Virus record (IMG/VR): IMGVR_UViG_3300021364_000006
Source: a virus
Reading direction: 5' to 3' (one strand)
Length of the DNA stretch: 64,000 nt
In this document: positions 35,388 to 44,441 of the stretch, in pieces
How the letters are laid out: every line of letters begins with the position of its first letter
Position numbering within the stretch: the stretch's first letter is position 1
Program-made: the position numbers and the translations under genes
Notes under the pieces: model-generated
The model's input: only the letters and a program-made list of their open reading frames with translations
Database searches by the model: none
Told to the model about the DNA's origin: nothing

Positions 35388-36145
35388 TGATAATTCCAGG
35401 GTAATTTAAAAAGATATTTGACTTGTGACCAGTCACCCCATCTATGCCAGAGGTATAATGGTTTCTTTGACATTGTATCAAAGAGTTGTGGAGACTCAAG
35501 GAGATAGTTGATTGCAGTTTCAATCATGAAGACCGCAGAGGCTCTTTCAAAAACCATACACCAATCAAACAGAGAATATCCAGGAATGATTTGGTTCTCT
35601 ACAACTTTATAACCACCATAACTCTTGGAGTCAGCAGGAATATGGGGGAAGAACTCTAGTTTTGGTCGAGTACACCACAAACGATTGACGTAGACAAACT
35701 CATCATCATCTTTTAGTCCAAGGACATTATAATACAATTCCTTCTCTTTTTCAATATTTCTATTGAAATCGATATAATCTCTCCAGTCTTTCCAATCAAG
35801 TCCGAGGTTATCATATTTCCCCTTCATTATTGGTTGGTAATCACCAAATCCCTGAAAGAAAAATAAATCAGACTCCATTTTAGTTGGAGCCCCATGAATA
35901 TATCTTTCTTTGTATGGGAATTGACAGGATTCGGGAATAGGTTCCGTACTGCCATTTACTGGATTCTCATCATCACCCCAAGATACAAACTCAAAGTGGG
36001 GAATGTATTCTTTTAACCACTTGAATTCATGAATTACAGGCCAGTAAACCTTATACCCAAGTTCATTTTGAATATAGTGTGCTCCCTTTTGGAGAAAAAG
36101 AATATCTCCAAGACCACATGGTTGATAAATTAATCCTGTTTTCAT
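35384..36145 (-). CDS. Putative glycosyltransferase-like protein
   Basis: QPCGLGDILF, IMKGKY, RNIEKE, SLFDWC..FE.A; paralog of the next gene. Confidence 0.55.
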   Translation of the reverse strand: MKTGLIYQPCGLGDILFLQKGAHYIQNELGYKVYWPVIHEFKWLKEYIPHFEFVSWGDDENPVNGSTEPIPESCQFPYKERYIHGAPTKMESDLFFFQGFGDYQPIMKGKYDNLGLDWKDWRDYIDFNRNIEKEKELYYNVLGLKDDDEFVYVNRLWCTRPKLEFFPHIPADSKSYGGYKVVENQIIPGYSLFDWCMVFERASAVFMIETAINYLLESPQLFDTMSKKPLYLWHRWGDWSQVKYLFKLPWNYQ

Positions 36146-36864
36146 TCTAACTCCTGAGGAACTTTTTCACGCCAGAGCCATCTCTCATAATCTACCCATT
36201 GCCAAGGTGCATTGAACAACTTTCCAACACATTCCTCTGTGTTTTTATAATGTCTAGGATGGCAGATCAAAGTGTCTGCCTTGATGTTAAGAGTGTCTAC
36301 AATATAATTTAGGCAAGTGTCAACGATGTGAATTTGCTCTGCATTTTCCAAAATCCAACACCAATCAAACACACTTGGAGTTAGATCTGTATCCATCCAG
36401 ATCACTTTGCCATCATAATCTTCTGGAATACTTAGTTCGACACCTTCATGTGGTTTGCGAAAACTATACCACTTGTTTGCAAAGATAAATGGTTCTCCGT
36501 CTTGGATTCCCAAAGTCTCTTTCAGTTTACCCTCACGTTCATAGTTACGTTTGTATGTGAAATAATCTCTCCAATCATGCCAACTAACACCAGATGATGC
36601 ATATTTTGAAGTCATGATGTCTGCAGAACCATTTGGTTGTGGTTGATTAGAACAATCATAAAGCATCACATTCTCTCTAGGGAGATCAAGATTTGGACCA
36701 CAGATAACATCTCCAGTGATTAGTTGAGATGCACCAGCATTCCACATTTCAGGTGTGACTGGATGGTATACATTGTAATTTCTAGAAAGATTCTTACAAA
36801 GTTTCTGAACAAAAAAGATGTCCCCCAAGCCACCCTGCTGGAGGACAATAACATTAGATCTCAT
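36142..36864 (-). CDS. Putative glycosyltransferase-like protein (paralog)
   Basis: QQGGLGDIFF, IMTSKY, RNYERE, SVFDWC.ILENA. Confidence 0.55.
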   Translation of the reverse strand: MRSNVIVLQQGGLGDIFFVQKLCKNLSRNYNVYHPVTPEMWNAGASQLITGDVICGPNLDLPRENVMLYDCSNQPQPNGSADIMTSKYASSGVSWHDWRDYFTYKRNYEREGKLKETLGIQDGEPFIFANKWYSFRKPHEGVELSIPEDYDGKVIWMDTDLTPSVFDWCWILENAEQIHIVDTCLNYIVDTLNIKADTLICHPRHYKNTEECVGKLFNAPWQWVDYERWLWREKVPQELE

Positions 36865-37495
36865 TAATCACCCCTCGGATTTTATCTTCTGGAGTATCCA
36901 CAGGGAATGCCAATAGATAACCCTGATCGCCGTGATGTTCGATTAGGATATGAGTGTCACCAATAAGTTGTTCCACAAAGTCATATCCATCAGCACCGTA
37001 TAGTTTTCTTTGTGGCCATGAACCAGCAACAAAATCACGATCAACATAGATACGAAGATCATCCATGAAGATAATATCGTTGGAAAGATCTCTATTTTGA
37101 ACCATGATTTTGAGTTCTTTTTCCATAGGAAGACGCTTGTCAATGTCTTCTTCTGCACCATATCCAGCATCACCATAGTCTGCACCAGGAAAGTGTGCAT
37201 CAAGCCACCAAAGTGTTGGAGATCCATCCAATTTAGAAAGAACCTCATCGAAACGATCTTCAGTGTATCCTTTATACAGGTGAACGTAGTCTAGTCCTTT
37301 ATACTTCTTCTCAAGATTTGCATAGAGTTCATCATCTAATTCAACACCATATGAATTGTCTACGACTTCTGTGAGAAGAACTTTGTCCATACTGGATCCA
37401 TCGCCAGTTCCACTTTCAACAAAGTTTGAGATTTGAAATTCTTGAAGCATTTGCTTCAACTTGACTGGATGATTAATTTGTCCCATGATTAGCAA
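36854..37495 (-). CDS. Methyltransferase-like protein
   Basis: FVESGT.DG, GVELD, WLDAH, P.EKEL, IFMDDLR. Confidence 0.6.
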   Translation of the reverse strand: MLIMGQINHPVKLKQMLQEFQISNFVESGTGDGSSMDKVLLTEVVDNSYGVELDDELYANLEKKYKGLDYVHLYKGYTEDRFDEVLSKLDGSPTLWWLDAHFPGADYGDAGYGAEEDIDKRLPMEKELKIMVQNRDLSNDIIFMDDLRIYVDRDFVAGSWPQRKLYGADGYDFVEQLIGDTHILIEHHGDQGYLLAFPVDTPEDKIRGVINEI

Positions 37496-38292
37496 AAATA
37501 AGTGAGGTAGATAAAGTCTTCAAGAACTTCCATTTTTTTAGCAATCTCAAGATTGTCTTTGATTGCTTCCATTTTACTGTAATAGAGTTCGTCAGAAATA
37601 TAGAACTCATCAGTTAGATCAATTATACCATCTTTGTTGAAGTATTCTCCAATGTCAGGAGCTCCAAGATAAACAGGAATAGTTCCTGTGGCAAAACAAT
37701 CTAGAAGTTTTTCAGTGAAGTAGGTTTCATATTGTCCATTCTCAATCGCAACTGAGAACATGTAATCACAAAGACCTTCTTCTTTAGTTAGGATCTCATT
37801 GAATCCACGGCCGTAGAGATCAACTTGATCTCTCAGTCTTTCAACCCATTCAAGACGAGTTTCGTGCCCCTTACACATTCGTTTGTTTGAAGCGATCATG
37901 GAAATCATTTTTGATTTCTCATAAATCTTGGGTTCTTTGATCCAGAATCCTTGTGCAGGACACCATTTGAACTTAGGATCAATGGCAAGTAATTCTTGGT
38001 TGTGAGTAAAGATTGCATCAAATGCATCCAAGTATTGCTTTGGATTGATTTTTACTGCATCCACAATCTGTGGTGTGATATATCGTGACTCTAGCAACCA
38101 AGCATATTTTGGACCTGGTTTTGGATCGATCCATGCCCAGGGAAGAGTGCTATCAATATAGAATGTAGCCTCTCCACCATCTTTTACCCATTCAATGTAT
38201 TTGGATTCTTTACCGTGAACCGAATATCCTTTGTTTCCATTTGTAAGGTGTGTAAAAGTATCACCTACAAGATTAAACTTGACGCGCTGCAT
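37489..38292 (-). CDS. GT10 fucosyltransferase-like
   Basis: YMFSVAIEN...YFTEKLLDCFATGTIPVYLG. Confidence 0.8.
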   Translation of the reverse strand: MQRVKFNLVGDTFTHLTNGNKGYSVHGKESKYIEWVKDGGEATFYIDSTLPWAWIDPKPGPKYAWLLESRYITPQIVDAVKINPKQYLDAFDAIFTHNQELLAIDPKFKWCPAQGFWIKEPKIYEKSKMISMIASNKRMCKGHETRLEWVERLRDQVDLYGRGFNEILTKEEGLCDYMFSVAIENGQYETYFTEKLLDCFATGTIPVYLGAPDIGEYFNKDGIIDLTDEFYISDELYYSKMEAIKDNLEIAKKMEVLEDFIYLTYFC

Positions 38293-39373
38293 TGATTTGC
38301 TCCTGAATCCAAGTGTATGTCCTACGGATACCTTCTTCTAGAGTTTGACTATAATCCCACCCTAGTTTTTCACGGATAAGATCGTTGTTGGAGTTGCGTC
38401 CACGAACACCAGTGGGTGCATCCATCTTGTGAATCTTCTGAACAACCTTACCAGATACCCTTGCGGCAGTTGCAACTAGTTCATTGATAGAAACCATCTC
38501 TTCAGAACCAATGTTCACTGGTCCCATGAAGTCAGAATCCATCAATCGTCGAGTTGCTTCAATACATTCGTCAATGAACAGGAAGGAGCGAGTTTGTAGG
38601 CCATCTCCCCACACCTCGATAGCTCCACCCGTCTCTGGGAGGTGAGCGACTTTACGGCAGATTGCAGCTGGTGCCTTCTCTCTTCCACCGTCCCAGGTGC
38701 CTTCGGGACCGAAGATATTGTGATACCTAGCAACACGAACAGGGATCCCGTGATTACGGTTGTAAGCAAAGAAGAGCCTTTCGGAGAAGAGTTTTTCCCA
38801 TCCGTATTCTGAGTCTGGATCGGCTGGGTACGCAGAAGTCTCACGGCAATCAGGGTTATCAGGATCAAGTTGATTGTGCTCTGGATACATGCAAGCAGAT
38901 CCAGAATAGAAGATCTTAGTTGGTTGATCCAACTTAGGACGATTGCAAACAGTATATTCTTTCTCTACACCATCAAAGGTCTCATTGAGTTGACGAACAC
39001 CTTCAAGTACATTTAGGTTAATAGTACAGGAATTATGCATAATCTCTGCATCGTTCTCGCCAGTGAAAACGAATCCAGCTCCACCCATATCAGCAGCAAA
39101 CTGATAGATCTCATCAAAGGGAAGAATATGCTGGTAAGGAACAGAGCAATAGTAGTTTCCTTGATATCCTTTAAATTCAAGAATAGAATTTACAAATCCA
39201 GGAGAACGAAGATCTCCAATGATGAATTCATTGGCTTCGGTATCACCATACTCAGGATACTTTAGATCAACGCCACGGACCCAATACCCCTCGGACCTCA
39301 AACGTTTCACCATATGACTACCAATAAATCCACCAGCGCCAAGCACTAGCGCCGTCTTCTTATAATCAGACAT
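38273..39373 (-). CDS. NAD-dependent epimerase, GDP-mannose 3,5-epimerase-like
   Basis: GAGGFIG, AADMGGAGF, SACMYP, YGWEK, GGREKAPAAICRK, GVRGRNS. Confidence 0.85.
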   Translation of the reverse strand: MSDYKKTALVLGAGGFIGSHMVKRLRSEGYWVRGVDLKYPEYGDTEANEFIIGDLRSPGFVNSILEFKGYQGNYYCSVPYQHILPFDEIYQFAADMGGAGFVFTGENDAEIMHNSCTINLNVLEGVRQLNETFDGVEKEYTVCNRPKLDQPTKIFYSGSACMYPEHNQLDPDNPDCRETSAYPADPDSEYGWEKLFSERLFFAYNRNHGIPVRVARYHNIFGPEGTWDGGREKAPAAICRKVAHLPETGGAIEVWGDGLQTRSFLFIDECIEATRRLMDSDFMGPVNIGSEEMVSINELVATAARVSGKVVQKIHKMDAPTGVRGRNSNNDLIREKLGWDYSQTLEEGIRRTYTWIQEQINAARQV

Positions 39374-39400
39374 TTTTAAGTTCAAATTCCATCCTATGTA

Positions 39401-39438
39401 TAATACTAAAAAAGACCCCTGTTGTCAAGGGTCTTTTT
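39401..39438 (-). terminator. Terminator hairpin with TTGACA in its loop (promoter for the glycan island)
   Basis: AAAAAGACCC-TTGACAACAG-GGGTCTTTTT followed by TATTAT. Confidence 0.65.
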
Positions 39439-39486
39439 GGGTTCAGGCTCGCCAGTTGGCATGTTTTCTGACCCTTACCAACGGGG

Positions 39487-40254
39487 TCAATCCTTCCAAA
39501 GAAAACTAAACGGACATTTAGATTCTTTTTCTTTTTGTCCAAACATGAACTGTGATGACAAATTCGGACTTAAATTTTTTAAGGATACGTTTCTTTTCAC
39601 CTTTATCTTTAAATCTTTTGGTGGTGCCTTCTTGACTAGTTTGAATTTATCATTCTGATCTTTTGAATGAAAACAAACTTGATAGATTGGATCACCTCTT
39701 TTTATATTGACAGGTCTATCAACATCAAAGACATTATATGCGAATGATATATGTCTGGGCCATGCAGATACATTGAACCAACCACCAACTAGCACAATAT
39801 TATTCCTTGCAGATGCTTCTGGATGAGATCTTTGCTCAATCCAAATATCTTTTTCTTTAGTCCAGAATAAAATCCTAGGAACTGTCAGTTGCATAGTGAG
39901 TCTATTTGGATTCCTAAGAAACCAATTAGGATTGCTAAACGTTGGTTCCGTTAGAGCATCGTATGAATCACCACTGAGATGTGGATTGTTAATGAAAACT
40001 TCACCAGTTGAATTTAATTTTGAAAAATCAAAAGTAAATTTGATATCGATAGGTGACTTGATAGTAAAAGTTCTCTTTGCTTTATGAGACCAAGCTGGAC
40101 ATTCAAAGAATGCAAAATTCTTATCAGTCTCTGATATTTGTGTCTCTGGGGCAAAAGAAAACCGATCATCCGCAAGAACAGATTCCTCTGGATGCATTAC
40201 TTGATCATTATTTCCAAATCCCTCTTCTGAAGGATAGTAATAAATTGTTTTCAT
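39487..40254 (-). CDS. Hypothetical protein
   Basis: ECPAW, IKSPID, GWFN..WPR, IKRGDP.Y, SKCPF; dUTPase/beta-clip-like appearance. Confidence 0.6.
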   Translation of the reverse strand: MKTIYYYPSEEGFGNNDQVMHPEESVLADDRFSFAPETQISETDKNFAFFECPAWSHKAKRTFTIKSPIDIKFTFDFSKLNSTGEVFINNPHLSGDSYDALTEPTFSNPNWFLRNPNRLTMQLTVPRILFWTKEKDIWIEQRSHPEASARNNIVLVGGWFNVSAWPRHISFAYNVFDVDRPVNIKRGDPIYQVCFHSKDQNDKFKLVKKAPPKDLKIKVKRNVSLKNLSPNLSSQFMFGQKEKESKCPFSFLWKD

Positions 40255-40907
40255 TTTAGATTTAAATAACTTATTCCATCAATATACTCACCTTTGACAA
40301 AGTAATTGAAAGATAGACTATATCTTAATTCTTCACTGTAAGACTTGTCAACATAGTGTTTCAAAAATGATGGGAATAATAAAAGTTTTTGTTGTTCGGG
40401 CAAAAAAGATACTGAAGATGAATTTATTTTATTTGTGTAATGAAGATTATACGCAAGACCAGGATATGTCCAGGTATTTTGTTCATTAATAAAATGAATT
40501 TTTCCAGATTCTTTAGGAGTTTTTAGATAGACAACACCACTGTAATGAGAGTTTGAATGTAGGTGTGTACTTATGTAGTCTCCAAATCTTTGCTTGTTTG
40601 CCCAAGAAGTTGTTCGCTCAATAAAATGAGCATGAGGATCAATACCAATGTCGTTGAACACAAAGTTTGACATCTCAAGATCAATGCGTGTGGCCAAACC
40701 TTTCAATGTATCAAGCGACAGGATATCTTCTTTGTAATCAATTTTTGTTGTGTAACCATGTGGATTTCCCCATGGATCAAAGTCTTCACACCAGTTCTGT
40801 TGTTCAACAAAATCAAGATAGGTTTTAAACTGGTCAGGATCAATGCCCAAATCCACTTCACGAATTGGGGTGGGGAAAACATGGTGAAGCATTATGCTTT
40901 TACACAA
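40251..40907 (-). CDS. 2OG-Fe(II) oxygenase (TIGR02466-like)
   Basis: FPTPI, SWAN, HLHSNSHYSGVVYL, LFPSFLKHYV, RYSLSFN. Confidence 0.8.
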   Translation of the reverse strand: MCKSIMLHHVFPTPIREVDLGIDPDQFKTYLDFVEQQNWCEDFDPWGNPHGYTTKIDYKEDILSLDTLKGLATRIDLEMSNFVFNDIGIDPHAHFIERTTSWANKQRFGDYISTHLHSNSHYSGVVYLKTPKESGKIHFINEQNTWTYPGLAYNLHYTNKINSSSVSFLPEQQKLLLFPSFLKHYVDKSYSEELRYSLSFNYFVKGEYIDGISYLNLK

Positions 40908-41146
40908 TCTTTGCGATATGCAGGAACGTTATCAGGATCAAGCCAACAAGTATAATCATGATCTTCCATAGCAGTCATCAACTGCATTTGGTTATCACAA
41001 AGATACATGTCTCGATAACGACCAGTATACGAATCTACTTTTTGAATTCGACAGTCTGGCATACCATTGATTTCTAGTGTGCCACATTGTACATATCGGT
41101 ATGGAAAACGCTCAAGAAGTACTTCTGGTTTTTGCACAACTTTCAT
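40892..41146 (-). CDS. Conserved cyanophage hypothetical protein
   Basis: LERFPYRYVQCG..NGMPDCRIQK..MYLCDNQMQ..WLDP. Confidence 0.7.
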   Translation of the reverse strand: MKVVQKPEVLLERFPYRYVQCGTLEINGMPDCRIQKVDSYTGRYRDMYLCDNQMQLMTAMEDHDYTCWLDPDNVPAYRKDCVKA

Positions 41147-41760
41147 AGTTTAGAAGCGATGTTGTAAGAAACAGTAATTCGACTATTTGGTGAAGGATTC
41201 ACACAATGCATTAGATGGGATGGAAAAATAAAGACAGTTCCTTCTTCAATTGGGTTATTGTCTGCTGGATTGTAACTAATACTTTTCCATGGATCCATTC
41301 CAGTATGAGGGCCGCGAGAATAAAAAACAGTTGAGTTTTTTTCTTCTTCTAGTCTTAGTAGATAGATTGCAGAGTATGAAGTAAAGTAATTACCACCATC
41401 ACCAAATCGATCTGAAAGGTGATGATGCATTTCTTGATGATCTACAGGATTATCATACACACTATACCATCCATCTTCAAGCATAGATTGTTCTGCTATC
41501 GGAATGATATCACCTAGTTGGCTGTACATGTTATCCATTGGATTCCAGATGAGTTCTTTAATAATTTCTTCTTGAAAAAGAAATCTATTGAACTCCGTAT
41601 CTTGACCAAAACTGGTATTGACTTTACACTGCCATCCACCTGGTGTTACTTCCGTCTCTTTTTGTTTCTCTAGGATAGTGGGCAACAATTGTTCTTTAAT
41701 TTTTTCATGATTGGCCACTTTTTCCCAGTAAATAAAATTAGCTGGAAAAATAAAATGCAT
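41143..41760 (-). CDS. 2OG-Fe(II) oxygenase
   Basis: QEMHHH, SAIYLL, EEG.VFIFPSHLMHCV, RITVSYN. Confidence 0.75.
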   Translation of the reverse strand: MHFIFPANFIYWEKVANHEKIKEQLLPTILEKQKETEVTPGGWQCKVNTSFGQDTEFNRFLFQEEIIKELIWNPMDNMYSQLGDIIPIAEQSMLEDGWYSVYDNPVDHQEMHHHLSDRFGDGGNYFTSYSAIYLLRLEEEKNSTVFYSRGPHTGMDPWKSISYNPADNNPIEEGTVFIFPSHLMHCVNPSPNSRITVSYNIASKL

Positions 41761-41975
41761 CAGGCAACCTCTACAGATTCAAGATCAGAATAAATTTGAT
41801 CCATGAGAATCTCATAATCGTCTAGAGGATCTCCCGAAAAAACTACACCGTTGGTCTCATAGAACTTACGAACTTTTTTGAAGAGTTTAGGGTTCTTAAC
41901 GTCAAGAAGAAAATCACCATTCGCTGCCCCAGTCAGGGTTTGAATGTCTTTCTTGAATTTTGCAGTCAGTGCCAT
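41760..41975 (-). CDS. Conserved cyanophage hypothetical protein
   Basis: LDVKNPKLFKKVRKFYE..GVVFSGDPLDDYE. Confidence 0.7.
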   Translation of the reverse strand: MALTAKFKKDIQTLTGAANGDFLLDVKNPKLFKKVRKFYETNGVVFSGDPLDDYEILMDQIYSDLESVEVA

Positions 41976-42023
41976 CTCTTTGTGTTGATTACTCGATTAT
42001 TATAGTGGAATGTGACTGAGGTG

Positions 42024-42302
42024 TCAATCCTTTTCGTACTCGTCAGTCATTTTTTTGTGAAGGTCTGCAAAGTCATTTGTCAGATCTACAAAGCGGTCAG
42101 CCCAGGTGTCTCCACCTTCCTGACCTTTAAGTGGGTTGATGCACGTTGCATCGCCGTGGTTATTGCAAACAAGTCCTGCAAGATCTATTTCAGACCCTTT
42201 AGCACCTGTTCTCCACATGTGTTGACCATTTATCCAGACAGCCCCACACTTGGGGCATTCCTTACGTTCCAAGCTAAGCTCGGACAAGTTTCGGTCGTTC
42301 AT
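42024..42302 (-). CDS. Cys-rich hypothetical protein
   Basis: CPKCGAVWINGQH.W, DLAGLVCN, CINP..G..GGDTW. Confidence 0.7.
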   Translation of the reverse strand: MNDRNLSELSLERKECPKCGAVWINGQHMWRTGAKGSEIDLAGLVCNNHGDATCINPLKGQEGGDTWADRFVDLTNDFADLHKKMTDEYEKD

Positions 42303-42307
42303 TTTTT

Positions 42308-42478
42308 TTAGGTTATGGATGGGGGTGGACCTATCTTCTCCAAAACCTCTTGCTGTTTGAGGTATAGGAGAGCATATTGCAATAACACTTTCTTCACCTC
42401 ATCTATGTCGTCGCATTCAGCGACTTTTCTAGATAACATTTCGTAAGTGAATTGCTTTTCCGACGATTGCAAGTCCAT
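42308..42478 (-). CDS. 56-aa two-helix protein, NblA-like appearance (not in ORF track)
   Basis: MDLQSSEKQFTYEMLSRKVAECDDIDEVKKVLLQYALLYLKQQEVLEKIG.. Confidence 0.55.
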   Translation of the reverse strand: MDLQSSEKQFTYEMLSRKVAECDDIDEVKKVLLQYALLYLKQQEVLEKIGPPPSIT

Positions 42479-42482
42479 GGTA

Positions 42483-42683
42483 CTATTTAACCTTTTCTAA
42501 ACGAGTGCATTTCTCGTCAAGATCATAATACAATTTGTAACAATTTGTCAATACATAGTACCCAGTGATCTCGGAACTATTACAGGTATACCCGTAAGCC
42601 CTGACCTTTTCACAACGCCCATCGATATTAAAACATTTGTCTGTGTGTAGATATGAGTGGTAACGTTCGTCCAAGTTGATCAT
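42483..42683 (-). CDS. Hypothetical protein
   Basis: MINLDERYHSYL..F.IDG..E.V..YG. Confidence 0.6.
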   Translation of the reverse strand: MINLDERYHSYLHTDKCFNIDGRCEKVRAYGYTCNSSEITGYYVLTNCYKLYYDLDEKCTRLEKVK

Positions 42684-42928
42684 CTGATTTCAAAATTGAG
42701 TTTGCGAACTTTGCGTTTGCGTCGGTTCTCCTGATATTCTAAGTCCTTTTCGGTAAAAGCAGTGTGACTCTTAATACTCTTATCGGTTTTTGTCAGGACT
42801 ACCAGATCAAGATCGACGGCTGTAATTTTATCGTCAATTAGTGTCATCATATTCGGACACCCACAACTCTGTGGTTTGTTCGTACTGGTCAATTCTACAT
42901 TGCAGTTTTTGCATCTGGCAGATAACAT
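42680..42928 (-). CDS. Zn-ribbon hypothetical protein
   Basis: CKNC..CGCPN, RRKRKVRKLNFEIR. Confidence 0.65.
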   Translation of the reverse strand: MLSARCKNCNVELTSTNKPQSCGCPNMMTLIDDKITAVDLDLVVLTKTDKSIKSHTAFTEKDLEYQENRRKRKVRKLNFEIR

Positions 42929-43028
42929 GATTTAATTTCTCCTTGATATCGTCCAACTCTTTACTAATAAGTTTATTTTCACGTTTTAGTGGACGCTGAA
43001 TTAGTTTCTTTAATTTTTTTGTCTTCAT
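42834..43028 (-). CDS. Hypothetical protein
   Basis: MKTKKLKKLIQRPL; overlaps the next gene. Confidence 0.4.
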   Translation of the reverse strand: MKTKKLKKLIQRPLKRENKLISKELDDIKEKLNHVICQMQKLQCRIDQYEQTTELWVSEYDDTN

Positions 43029-43612
43029 ATAAACTTCTTCGGGTGTCTACTATCATATGTATAAGAATATTCATGATCATTTACAAGATCATCAACTTTA
43101 TCAGTGACACAATAACAAAAAGCGAGAGTCGTTCTCAACTCATCGGTAAAATTATTTGGAGATGCTCCATAATGTTTCCAATGAGATGGTATTAAAACAC
43201 CACAGTTTGGTAGATATGGTGTGTAATAATATTGACCAGTCTCTGGATCTACACAAACAAATTCACCACCCCACTGAATATCCCAATTATCATTAGTGAA
43301 CAAAACAAAAGTCCAAACATATTCTTGTGAGAAGTCATGATGGAACCCACCTTTTTGTAAGGCAGTTTGACCATTAGCATGTATTTTAACTAGATGTAAT
43401 TTTTCCTTTATATGTTTTAGAATTTTTAACTTTATATATGAGGCGACATTGAAAAAAAGTAATTTGTCATGAATATGCTTCAATCCCCAAGATCGCTCTA
43501 GTCCCATTTCTGATGCATTATTCAGACCCCAAATATCCGCATCAAGCTCATCGACAACTGCCTCAAACAAGTCATCACTTAAAACATCGTAGAATTCAAT
43601 AGGAAATGTCAT
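43025..43612 (-). CDS. 2OG-Fe(II) oxygenase
   Basis: FHHD, TFVLF..W.IQWGGE, PSHWKH.G, RTTLAF. Confidence 0.8.
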   Translation of the reverse strand: MTFPIEFYDVLSDDLFEAVVDELDADIWGLNNASEMGLERSWGLKHIHDKLLFFNVASYIKLKILKHIKEKLHLVKIHANGQTALQKGGFHHDFSQEYVWTFVLFTNDNWDIQWGGEFVCVDPETGQYYYTPYLPNCGVLIPSHWKHYGASPNNFTDELRTTLAFCYCVTDKVDDLVNDHEYSYTYDSRHPKKFI

Positions 43613-44190
43613 GCGAAAAGAGATAACTTCATTTGTGGATAGCGTTTATCAATTACTTCAAAGTCATCACGATCACAATACATAAAAGCAACTGATTTTC
43701 TCATTCCCGCTTTAGGTGTATTGGGTGCAAAACCATTATGTTGCCAATGACTTGGAATAACTACACCACCATTTGGTATATATGGAACATAATTATACTG
43801 GTTAGTAGAAGGATCTCTAGCAACAAATTCACCTCCCCAAGTTGTATCCCACTCTTCACTGAGGAATAATACAAAAGTAAAACAATTATCCACTTCTTCA
43901 AAGTCTACGTGAAACTCAGGACATTCACCAAAAAGTTTTCCATTAACTTGAATTTTTGCAATTCTCAGATCTCTCTGAATATGTTTTTTAAGTTTGAGTA
44001 AGATATGAGTTCCGACATTGTAATATATCATTCGATCATGTTTAGACAACTGACCAAAAAATTTACTATCTGAATTTTTATTTGCTACGTAAGTTCCATT
44101 ACCAAAAAACCACTCCGTCAATTCTGCATTCATTGATTCAAACAATGAGATGGGAAGAACGTTTTCAAATATAATCGGATATCTATTCAT
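43609..44190 (-). CDS. 2OG-Fe(II) oxygenase
   Basis: FHVD, TFVLF..WD.TWGGE, PSHWQH.G, RKSVAF. Confidence 0.8.
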   Translation of the reverse strand: MNRYPIIFENVLPISLFESMNAELTEWFFGNGTYVANKNSDSKFFGQLSKHDRMIYYNVGTHILLKLKKHIQRDLRIAKIQVNGKLFGECPEFHVDFEEVDNCFTFVLFLSEEWDTTWGGEFVARDPSTNQYNYVPYIPNGGVVIPSHWQHNGFAPNTPKAGMRKSVAFMYCDRDDFEVIDKRYPQMKLSLFA

Positions 44191-44193
44191 TAA

Positions 44194-44265
44194 AGCCCCC
44201 AGTCGGATTTGAACCAACGACCTACGCTTTACAAAAGCGTTGCTCTACCGCTGAGCTATAGAGGC
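44194..44265 (-). tRNA. tRNA-Thr(TGT)
   Basis: GCCTCTATAGCTCAGCGGTAGAGC..ACGCT-TTTGTAA-AGCGT..GGTTCAAATCC. Confidence 0.9.
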
Positions 44266-44272
44266 GATGGCA

Positions 44273-44344
44273 CTCCCAAGGCTGGATTTGAACCAGCGAC
44301 CAGCCGATTAACAGTCGGCGGCTCTGCCACTGAGCTACTTGGGA
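44273..44344 (-). tRNA. tRNA-Asn(GTT)
   Basis: TCCCAAG acceptor, GCCGA-CTGTTAA-TCGGC, GGTTCAAATCC. Confidence 0.9.
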
Positions 44345-44365
44345 ATAAGTGTTCCCCGAAGGGAA

Positions 44366-44437
44366 AGCGGAGTATCGGAATCGAACCGACGACATCTAAC
44401 TTGGAAGGATAGCGTTCTACCGCTGAACTAACTCCGC
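44366..44437 (-). tRNA. tRNA-Gly(TCC)
   Basis: GCGGAGT acceptor, CTATC-CTTCCAA-GTTAG, GGTTCGATTCC. Confidence 0.9.
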
Positions 44438-44441
44438 GAGG

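Noticed and set aside
39443-39489. Stop-codon readthrough pseudoknot
   Set aside because: The stop codon is inside stem 1 rather than several nt upstream, and a terminator follows with no long in-frame ORF
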